In this document: positions 56,958-64,000 of the stretch, piece after piece
Position numbering within the stretch: the first letter of the stretch is position 1
How the letters are laid out: every line of letters starts with the position of its first letter
Source: Thermodesulfobacteriota bacterium
GTDB lineage: Bacteria > Desulfobacterota > Binatia > Bin18
Reading direction: 5' to 3'
NCBI GenBank assembly: GCA_964291405.2
Contig: OZ219926.1
Coordinates: 3,648,001-3,712,000, forward strand
Length of the DNA: 64,000 nucleotides
Program-made: the position numbers and the translations under genes
The notes under the pieces: generated by a model
What the model was told of the DNA's origin: nothing
Database searches by the model: none
Seen by the model: the letters and a program-made list of their open reading frames with translations, nothing else

Positions 56958-58721
56958 GTGGTGATGCAGGCAAAATGTCCGGGATGGCGTGCGGCGCTCT
57001 TGTTCGTCGTTTTGTTCGTCGGAGTGTGGTCCGGCTCTGCGTTTGGAAACGTTGATAAGCACGCGTCTCCCGCGTTTTCTCCGCTCCCCTATCCACAAGC
57101 CCTCCGACCCCAGGTCGAGTTCTGGACCAAGATTTTCGCCACCTACTCGGAATACCAGGTCGTCGTTCACGACGCGGTCTATTTGGACAAGGTGTACGCC
57201 GTCCTCGATTTTCGACCGCTCTTAAAGAAGCATAGCGAAGCCAAGGCCCGGAAGCTGAAAGCCAAGCGGACCAAGCAGGAACTCAGAAAAATTCGGGCCA
57301 CCCTGCGGAAACTCCATAAACACGGTGCAAAAGGGCGAACGCTGAGTACGCGTGAGAAAAAAATTCGGGCGCTCTTCAGAGATGTCAAGGAACGCCACAA
57401 GTTCCGTAAGGCCGCGGCCAAAGGGCGACTGCGGGCACAGTCCGGGATACGGGAGCGCTTTCACCAGAGCCTGCGCCTTTCCGGTCGGTATCTGCCCAGG
57501 ATGGAAAAGATATTCCGTCAAAAAGGACTCCCGGTTGTCCTGACTCGCCTCCCACTGATCGAATCGTCTTTCAATATTGAGGCCTATTCAAAAGTTGGTG
57601 CGGCCGGCATTTGGCAATTCATGCCCGCGACCGGGCGCTTGTTTCTGACGATTAACCATGTGGTTGACGAGCGCCTTGACCCCATCATTGCCACCCGGGC
57701 TGCCGCCGACTTGCTCAAGTCAAATTATGACAGGTTGCAAACCTGGCCGCTTGCAGTCACGGCCTATAACCATGGCCCGTCCGGCATGGCGCGCGCCGTT
57801 CGGAAAGTCGGCACGCGCGATATTGTTCCCATTATCCGCCGCTACAAAAGCCGGACGTTCGGGTTTGCTTCGCGGAATTTCTATGCCGAGTTGCTGGCGG
57901 CCATTGAGGTTGAGAAAAACAGCGCCAAATATTTCGGCCCCATCAAACGCGACCCTCTCCTCCGGTATGATGAAGTTGATCTTCAGCATTTTGTTTCCCT
58001 CGAAAATCTGGCCAGAGCTGCCAACACCAGTACCGAGCGGTTAGTGGCGCTCAACCCGGCCTTTGGGTCACTGGTTCGGAACGGGAAACTCCACGTCCCA
58101 CGCGGCCACCGTTTACGTATCCCGGCCGGTGCTCGGAAAGACTTCGACCGGCGTTACGCCGCGCTCAGCCCTCGGGCCAAGGCCGACCAACAGGCCGCTG
58201 CCTTTGCTTTTCATAAGGTCCGGCGTGGGCAGACGCTGGGTGGTATTGCGCAGCGCTACGGGACGAGCGCTCGAACTCTGCAACGCCTGAACGGACTCAG
58301 AAGCGCGCATTTCATCCGCATCGGACAACGTCTGCGCGTCCCTCTGAGAGGGAAGGGCAGACGGTCGACGACCCGATCCGTCCAGGTGGCACGGGCAGCT
58401 TCGCAGGACGGGACGCATACCGTACGTCGGGGAGAATCGCTCGGAAAGATCGCCCAGCGCTACAACACAACCGTGGCGGCGCTCCAACGGCTCAACGACA
58501 TTAAAAACGCCGCGCTGATACCGGTCGGGAAAAAACTGCGCCTCTCGGCTGACTCTCCTGGTAAAGCACGGTATGTCAAACACCGGGTCCGGCGTGGCCA
58601 AACGCTCGGTAGCATTGCCCGCCGCTACGGCACAAAGGTGTCCATTCTGAAGCGTCTGAATGGTGTGAAGAACGTCAGACGCCTGCAAATCGGCCAGGTG
58701 TTGCGTATTCCAACGGGCTGA
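56958..58721 (+). CDS. MltD-like lytic transglycosylase with three LysM domains
   Basis: IESSF..AAGIWQFM, TAYNHG, three H.VRRG.TL..IA.RY repeats. Confidence 0.9.
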   Translation: MVMQAKCPGWRAALLFVVLFVGVWSGSAFGNVDKHASPAFSPLPYPQALRPQVEFWTKIFATYSEYQVVVHDAVYLDKVYAVLDFRPLLKKHSEAKARKLKAKRTKQELRKIRATLRKLHKHGAKGRTLSTREKKIRALFRDVKERHKFRKAAAKGRLRAQSGIRERFHQSLRLSGRYLPRMEKIFRQKGLPVVLTRLPLIESSFNIEAYSKVGAAGIWQFMPATGRLFLTINHVVDERLDPIIATRAAADLLKSNYDRLQTWPLAVTAYNHGPSGMARAVRKVGTRDIVPIIRRYKSRTFGFASRNFYAELLAAIEVEKNSAKYFGPIKRDPLLRYDEVDLQHFVSLENLARAANTSTERLVALNPAFGSLVRNGKLHVPRGHRLRIPAGARKDFDRRYAALSPRAKADQQAAAFAFHKVRRGQTLGGIAQRYGTSARTLQRLNGLRSAHFIRIGQRLRVPLRGKGRRSTTRSVQVARAASQDGTHTVRRGESLGKIAQRYNTTVAALQRLNDIKNAALIPVGKKLRLSADSPGKARYVKHRVRRGQTLGSIARRYGTKVSILKRLNGVKNVRRLQIGQVLRIPTG

Positions 58722-58749
58722 AGAGCAGCATTACTGTATCCTGCCCTCT

Positions 58750-59151
58750 CTACACGCTCCTCACCAGATGCGTCCAAACGAGTCCCGCTACGAACCGAAA
58801 GTGCTGATCGTAAGATAATAAATCCGTGCCGGTTTCCATGGCGTGGGCAGCAATCCATACATCATTCGTTGGAATGGGTGTTCCTGCTTGTCGCAGTGCT
58901 GCTGCAAGTCGGCCAAAGCGGTCTGCCGTTGTGAGGGTAACGGGCAGGAGGCTCACGTAGGAGTTTGCCAGAAAATCGTCTAATTCCTGCTGATTCCTCT
59001 CGTAATGTGAACCATTGCGGAAGCCAAACAAGAGCTCTCCCACGACTATGGTCGAGAGGAAAATGTGTTGTGCGGGCCGGATTCGTTCCGCGACTTCAGA
59101 CCTGCCCCGCAGCAGAGCAGAATAGGCGTTTGTATCAAGGGCGACCTTCAT
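58750..59151 (-). CDS. vapC: PIN domain VapC toxin
   Basis: ALDTN, VGEL..G, PIPTNDVWIAA, SYDQHF. Confidence 0.92.
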   Translation of the reverse strand: MKVALDTNAYSALLRGRSEVAERIRPAQHIFLSTIVVGELLFGFRNGSHYERNQQELDDFLANSYVSLLPVTLTTADRFGRLAAALRQAGTPIPTNDVWIAAHAMETGTDLLSYDQHFRFVAGLVWTHLVRSV

Positions 59152-59411
59152 GACCAGAAAGTTTTGTCAATCTGCTCAAGTGGAGCGAGCGTGTGTAGAA
59201 ACGCTTCTTCCTCTTCTTGAGACCAGGTCCCAATGAGATGGTCTAAAGTGTCCCCCACCGTGTTTGCACTCTGCTTTGGAGAATCAAGCCCCGCTCCACG
59301 TCTGAGCAGCAGCAGCGCTGCCTTATTAAGGGAGAGGCCTTCCTCTTGGGCCAGCTTGTGTAAATGTCGCTGGAGGGCGGAGTCGAATCCACGAATCGTT
59401 AATTGTTTCAT
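59148..59411 (-). CDS. RHH-type antitoxin (FitA/VapB-like)
   Basis: MKQLTIRG..A.EEG.SLN; LDHLIGTW; ATGA overlap with vapC. Confidence 0.8.
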   Translation of the reverse strand: MKQLTIRGFDSALQRHLHKLAQEEGLSLNKAALLLLRRGAGLDSPKQSANTVGDTLDHLIGTWSQEEEEAFLHTLAPLEQIDKTFWS

Positions 59412-59440
59412 TGTGTACACTCTTTACTTTCTTGCTTCAA

Positions 59441-59475
59441 AGATGACTCATTCCGAGTCACATTATGAGTCATCT
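59441..59475. promoter_or_regulatory. Probable TA operator (11-bp perfect inverted repeat)
   Basis: agatgactcat-N13-atgagtcatct with an extra gagtca half-site in the spacer, just upstream of the antitoxin. Confidence 0.65.
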
Positions 59476-59566
59476 GCGCCTTCGTCAAGTTCGTAGACGG
59501 TGCTCCGATTCCCCCACCTCTCACCGGTATGCTACGATTTGAATCGGGTACGAGAGGGAGGGCCGT

Positions 59567-60229
59567 GTGGGCTATTACCCTGTTTTTCTCGATTTGGACA
59601 AGGCTCGCTGTCTGGTCATTGGCGGGGGGACGATTGCCGAGCGCAAGGTGGAGGCGTTGCTTGCGGCCGGCGGGGAGGTGACGCTTATCAGTCCTGAGCT
59701 GACAGCCGCTCTGCGCGTCCTTGAAGCCGCCGGTCGGCTGACAGTTCAGCAACGCCCTTATCAACGGGGGGATCTTAAAGCCGTTTCGCTGGTGATTGCA
59801 GCTACGGATGACCCTGCCTTACAGCGGCAGATTGCCGTGGATGCCAAACAGGCCAATATCTTGTGCAATATCGTCGATCAGCCTGCATTATGCTCGTTTA
59901 TCGTGCCGGCAGTGGTACAGCAGGGCGACCTGACGATTGCGGTTTCAACCAATGGGGCAAGTCCCGCCCTGGCAAAAAAGATTCGACAAGACCTGGCTGA
60001 ACAATTCGGGCCGGAATATGCGGTGGCGCTCCGATTGTTGCGCCGGATTCGTGAACGCCTGATGCACGAACAACGCAGCGCGGAAGACCGCCAGCGCCTA
60101 TTGACCGGACTGGCCGAATCATCCTTGCTGGACTATCTTCGAGACCGCCAAACCGATAAATTAGATGCACTCCTACAGCGGACGCTGGGGGAGGCGTATA
60201 CCCTGGAGCGTCTCGCCTTTTCGTGGTGA
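59567..60229 (+). CDS. Precorrin-2 dehydrogenase/sirohydrochlorin ferrochelatase (SirC/CysG-N)
   Basis: YYPVFL, IGGG.IAERK, AATDD, NIVD, STNGASP. Confidence 0.9.
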   Translation: MGYYPVFLDLDKARCLVIGGGTIAERKVEALLAAGGEVTLISPELTAALRVLEAAGRLTVQQRPYQRGDLKAVSLVIAATDDPALQRQIAVDAKQANILCNIVDQPALCSFIVPAVVQQGDLTIAVSTNGASPALAKKIRQDLAEQFGPEYAVALRLLRRIRERLMHEQRSAEDRQRLLTGLAESSLLDYLRDRQTDKLDALLQRTLGEAYTLERLAFSW

Positions 60230-60237
60230 GTAACGGT

Positions 60238-61053
60238 ATGGAAGTCTGGCTGCTGACACTGACCCTGTTATTGTACCTGCTCAGCACGGCAAGCTTTATT
60301 GTCGGGCTGCTTTCCGCCCGGCCCGTCGTGCGGACGGTAGCGCCGAGTTGCCTGCTGGCCGCCTGTGTGTGCCATGCCGGCGCTATTGCGGTTCGGTCTC
60401 TCACAGTTGGCTATTTTGCGGTCACAGATCTGTATGAAGCCCTCTCCTTTTTTGCCTGTCTCACTGCGGCAATGGGGCTGCTGGTACAATGGCGGCTGCC
60501 AGTTTCCATTTTGGGCGCTATTGTGAGTCCCATCGGGTTTATCCTGACCCTGGGTGTGTATGTCTTTTACACCCAGGCGGGGGCGCTGCCGCCGACGCTG
60601 CAAAGTGCCTGGCTGCCCATTCATGTGACTGCCGCCTTTCTTGGGTATGCCGTCTTTGTCGTCGCGTTCAGTGCCAGCCTGATCTACCTGGTCCAAGAAA
60701 AGCAGCTCAAACAGAAAAAAGCCTCTTCGTTTCTCCGCCGTCTGCCCTCACTGGAAACTCTCGATCATTTGAATTATCGGTCCCTAGCCTGGGGCTTTTT
60801 ACTCTTGACTCTCGGCTTGTTGAGCGGCGCGGTCTGGGCCGGGTATGCCTGGGAACACTTCTGGATATGGGAGCCCCGGCTTATCTTGTCCGTGCTGACC
60901 TGGATTTTCTACGCGCTGCTGCTTCACTACCGGAGCGCCGGCTGGCGTGGCCGACGGGCGGCAACGCTGACGATTGTATGCTTTGCCGTGCTGGTAGTGT
61001 CCTTTGTAGGGGTCCAGTTTTTCCCCGGACGACACGGAGGTCAGTTTGGCTAG
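60238..61053 (+). CDS. ccsA: Cytochrome c biogenesis CcsA/HemX-like membrane protein
   Basis: WLPIH, LPSLETLD, GAVWA..W..FWIWEP, GWRGRR. Confidence 0.8.
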   Translation: MEVWLLTLTLLLYLLSTASFIVGLLSARPVVRTVAPSCLLAACVCHAGAIAVRSLTVGYFAVTDLYEALSFFACLTAAMGLLVQWRLPVSILGAIVSPIGFILTLGVYVFYTQAGALPPTLQSAWLPIHVTAAFLGYAVFVVAFSASLIYLVQEKQLKQKKASSFLRRLPSLETLDHLNYRSLAWGFLLLTLGLLSGAVWAGYAWEHFWIWEPRLILSVLTWIFYALLLHYRSAGWRGRRAATLTIVCFAVLVVSFVGVQFFPGRHGGQFG

Positions 61054-62368
61054 TCTTGTCCAGTCGGCCTCCTCGCTCATGGTGGTAGGCCTCAACCACC
61101 ATACCACGCCGGTCGAACTTCGGGAGCAGTTAGCGTTCAATGACGGGGCATTGGATGCGTCTTTACCACGGCTCGTGGATGCGGAGACCATCCGAGAAGG
61201 GGCCATTCTCTCCACCTGTAATCGCGTTGAGGTGGTTGCCCATACACCGAATCTGGATGCGGCGAATGAGAAGATTTGCGCGTTTTTAGCCGAAGAGCAG
61301 CGCGTGGCGCTGCCCCGCTTTGCGCCCTACCTCTACACCCATATCAATCAGGAGGCGATCAGCCATTTGTTTCGCGTTGCCTCAAGTCTCGATTCTCTGG
61401 TGGTCGGTGAGCCTCAGATTTTGGGCCAGGTGAAAGACGCCTATAACACTTCTTCCGCACTCGGTACCCTGGGAACGGTGTTGCACCGCTGTTTTCACAA
61501 GTCGTTCTCGGTGGCGAAGCGGGTGCGAACCGAGACCAGCATCGCGGCCAAAGCCGTGTCGGTAAGCTCTGCGGCCATTGATCTGGCCTGTACGATTTTT
61601 GACCGCCTGGAAGACAAGACCGCCATGGTCATTGGTGTGGGTGAGATGGGCGAACAAGCCGTTCGGCATCTACGCGGACGCGGGGTCGGCACCATTATGG
61701 TGACCAATCGTACCTTTCGTCGCGCGGTTGAACTCGCCCGAACCTGCAATGGAACCGTCGTACCGTTTGATCAACTGGACAAACACCTCCACCTCACCGA
61801 TGTGGTGATAGGCTCTGCCAGTAGCCCGCACTATATCCTGCATTCCGGCATGATCGAAGAGGCGCTTGAGGAACGTAAACGCAGTCCCATGTTTCTGATC
61901 GACCTGGGGGTGCCGCGCAACTTTGACCCGCGTCTGAACAATCTGGATAATGTCTTTTTGTACGACATCGATGATCTGGAGCAGGTGGTTGAAGATAATA
62001 GAGGAGAGCGACAAGTTGAGGCGGTCAAGGCCGAAGCCATCGTGGCCGAGGAAGTGGAAAAATTCTGGCGCTGGTTTGTCAACCAGGAGGTGACCCCCAC
62101 GATTGTGGCGCTCCGAGAACAGGCCGAGACGATCCGCACGCGCGAAGTGGAAAAAACCCTGGCCGGACTTGCCGATCTCTCACCGCAGGCAAAGGAATCG
62201 ATCGAAGCCCTCACCCGCTCCCTGACGAACAAGCTCCTCCATCCACCTCTGGCGTATCTCAAACAGCGTCACCACAACAGTGTCAAGCGTGAAGCTGAAT
62301 ACGCTAAAGAAATCGCTTCTCCTCACGTCATTCGTCAAATATTCGGTCTTGATGCCCACGAAGAATAG
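61046..62368 (+). CDS. hemA: Glutamyl-tRNA reductase
   Basis: GLNH.T.PVELRE, STCNRVE, LDS.VVGEPQILGQVK, DLGVPR. Confidence 0.96.
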   Translation: MASLVQSASSLMVVGLNHHTTPVELREQLAFNDGALDASLPRLVDAETIREGAILSTCNRVEVVAHTPNLDAANEKICAFLAEEQRVALPRFAPYLYTHINQEAISHLFRVASSLDSLVVGEPQILGQVKDAYNTSSALGTLGTVLHRCFHKSFSVAKRVRTETSIAAKAVSVSSAAIDLACTIFDRLEDKTAMVIGVGEMGEQAVRHLRGRGVGTIMVTNRTFRRAVELARTCNGTVVPFDQLDKHLHLTDVVIGSASSPHYILHSGMIEEALEERKRSPMFLIDLGVPRNFDPRLNNLDNVFLYDIDDLEQVVEDNRGERQVEAVKAEAIVAEEVEKFWRWFVNQEVTPTIVALREQAETIRTREVEKTLAGLADLSPQAKESIEALTRSLTNKLLHPPLAYLKQRHHNSVKREAEYAKEIASPHVIRQIFGLDAHEE

Positions 62369-62388
62369 GCAATAGCCGCTCGCAGGTT

Positions 62389-63315
62389 ATGCGCACCATC
62401 ATCCGGATCGGAACGAGAAGCAGCCCCCTTGCGCTGTGGCAGGCGCAGTGGGTGAAAGATCGGTTGGAGCAGCAGTGGCCGGCCCTCAGGGTTGAGTTGG
62501 TTCCAGTCAAAACCTCCGGTGACCGGTTCCAAAATATCTCGTTGTCCCGTATTGGCGGCAAAGGGCTGTTTGTCAAGGAAATTGAAGAGGCGCTTCAGGC
62601 GGGCCGGGTTGATCTGGCGGTCCATTCGGTCAAAGACGTACCGGCCATCTTGCCTGCCGGACTCACCTTGAGTGTGATCCCGCAACGGGAAGATCCGCGG
62701 GACGTCCTGATCGCGTCCAATGGGGAAAGCCTGGATGAGCTGCCTGCGGGCACCCGAGTCGGGACGAGTAGCCTGCGCCGTCAGGCTTTACTGCTCCATC
62801 TCCGGCCCGATCTCCACATCGAAATGCTGCGCGGTAATGTCGAGACCCGCTTGCGTAAACAGCGTGACGGAGAGGTCGATGCGACGATTCTGGCCGCGGC
62901 CGGCCTCAAGCGACTCGGTCTCATGCCCGCACAGAGCCATATTCTGGATGAGCAGACCTTTGTCCCGGCCGTCGGACAGGGGGCACTCGGTATTGAAACG
63001 CGCGCCGAAGCCGAGATTGAAACACTTCTCCGACCGCTGCACCATGTTGAAACCGCGCTGGCCGTCGCGGCTGAGCGAGCGTTCTTAGGCCGGATGGGCG
63101 GTAGTTGTCGCACGCCGCTTGCAGCCCTGGCCACCGCCCGGACTGAAAGCATCAGGCTTGTAGCCCTGATCGCCAGCCCGGACGGACAAATCGTGCTACG
63201 CGGGCATGAGCACGGCCCCGCCGAAATCGCCGAGCAACTGGGTATCAGGCTTGCTGAGCGCCTGTTGGCCCAGGGCGGAAACGAGATCCTCGCTCGGTTG
63301 GAACAGGAAGGTTGA
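62389..63315 (+). CDS. hemC: Porphobilinogen deaminase
   Basis: GTRSSPLALWQA, GKGLFVKE, AVHS.KD, GTSSLRR, GSC. Confidence 0.96.
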   Translation: MRTIIRIGTRSSPLALWQAQWVKDRLEQQWPALRVELVPVKTSGDRFQNISLSRIGGKGLFVKEIEEALQAGRVDLAVHSVKDVPAILPAGLTLSVIPQREDPRDVLIASNGESLDELPAGTRVGTSSLRRQALLLHLRPDLHIEMLRGNVETRLRKQRDGEVDATILAAAGLKRLGLMPAQSHILDEQTFVPAVGQGALGIETRAEAEIETLLRPLHHVETALAVAAERAFLGRMGGSCRTPLAALATARTESIRLVALIASPDGQIVLRGHEHGPAEIAEQLGIRLAERLLAQGGNEILARLEQEG

Positions 63316-63326
63316 GGGGAGCGGGT

Positions 63327-64000
63327 ATGCCGACTGGGAAGGTATACTTGGTCGGAGCGGGGCCGGGCGACCCCGGGCTGCTGACCCTCAAAGGCAAACG
63401 CTGCCTCGAAGAGGCTGATGTTATCATCTACGACTATCTGGTCGATATCCGCCTGCTGGATTATGTCCGGCCCGAAGCCGCCCTGCTCTACGCCGGAAAA
63501 CGGGGAGGGGGTCGAGCCGTTCCGCAGCAGACTATTAATGAACTGATGCGTGAGCATGCTGTAAACGGCAAAGTCGTTGTCCGGCTCAAGGGTGGTGACC
63601 CGCTACTGTTCGGCAGAGGCGGTGAAGAGGCGGAGGAACTGGTCGCGGCCAATATCTCGTTTGAAGTTGTTCCCGGTGTCTCCTCGGCCACTGCCGTGCC
63701 CGCCTATGCCGGCATTCCCTTGACCCACCGCGATCATGCCTCTGCGGTTGCGATCGTCTCCGGGCATAAAGAGGTGTGGGAAACCGCACCCCATCTGAAT
63801 TGGGCTACTCTGGCTGGAGTGGGTGGAACCCTGGTTTTCCTGATGGGGACACGGCAACTGCAAAACAATATGAGACGCCTGATGGAGTTCGGCCTGCCGG
63901 CCGAGACCCCGATTGCGCTGATCCGATGGGGAACAAAGGCTGAGCAGGAAGTACTCACCGGAACGGTGGGGCGCATTGCCGGGCAGGCAGCCGCACAGGG
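63327..64000 (+). CDS. cobA: Uroporphyrinogen-III C-methyltransferase (3' truncated by window; possibly CobA-HemD fusion)
   Basis: MPTGKVYLVGAGPGDPGLLTLKG, VRLKGGDP..FGRGGEE, VPGVSS..AGIPLTHR; absent from ORF track because no stop in window. Confidence 0.92.
   Translation, partial: MPTGKVYLVGAGPGDPGLLTLKGKRCLEEADVIIYDYLVDIRLLDYVRPEAALLYAGKRGGGRAVPQQTINELMREHAVNGKVVVRLKGGDPLLFGRGGEEAEELVAANISFEVVPGVSSATAVPAYAGIPLTHRDHASAVAIVSGHKEVWETAPHLNWATLAGVGGTLVFLMGTRQLQNNMRRLMEFGLPAETPIALIRWGTKAEQEVLTGTVGRIAGQAAAQ

Noticed and set aside
59567-64000. sirC-ccsA-hemA-hemC-cobA as a novel cluster
   Set aside because: Standard heme biosynthesis operon layout in deltaproteobacteria-like genomes

Overview
Chromosomal segment of a GC-rich Gram-negative bacterium. 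Gene content (DUF1329/DUF1302, many amidohydrolases, LLM, shc, split mutase) is reminiscent of Binatia/deltaproteobacterial lineages; this is inference only. It runs from the 3' end of a type I RM methylase (hsdM), through catabolic and housekeeping genes, tRNA-Leu(CAA), an orphan luxE-luxC pair and an egtC-egtB-egtD ergothioneine cluster, to the sirC-ccsA-hemA-hemC-cobA heme operon. Most notable: (1) a complete 3.66-kb group II intron (53130-56788, EBS1/IBS1 pairing visible) inserted antisense just upstream of an LLM gene, carrying two small antisense membrane-peptide ORFs in repeated cassette-like units plus a hairpin-rich 3' insert; (2) an egt cluster lacking egtA/egtE but flanked by an ATP-grasp ligase and an asparaginase-like gene; (3) an NYN RNase gene preceded by a three-way-junction RNA with two UUCG tetraloops; (4) an orphan integron-like cassette with a degenerate attC; (5) a ~200-bp MITE with terminal inverted repeats and 5-6 bp target duplications sitting in REP-hairpin loops; (6) a DddW-like cupin. 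All family calls come from motif recognition by eye; no searches were run.
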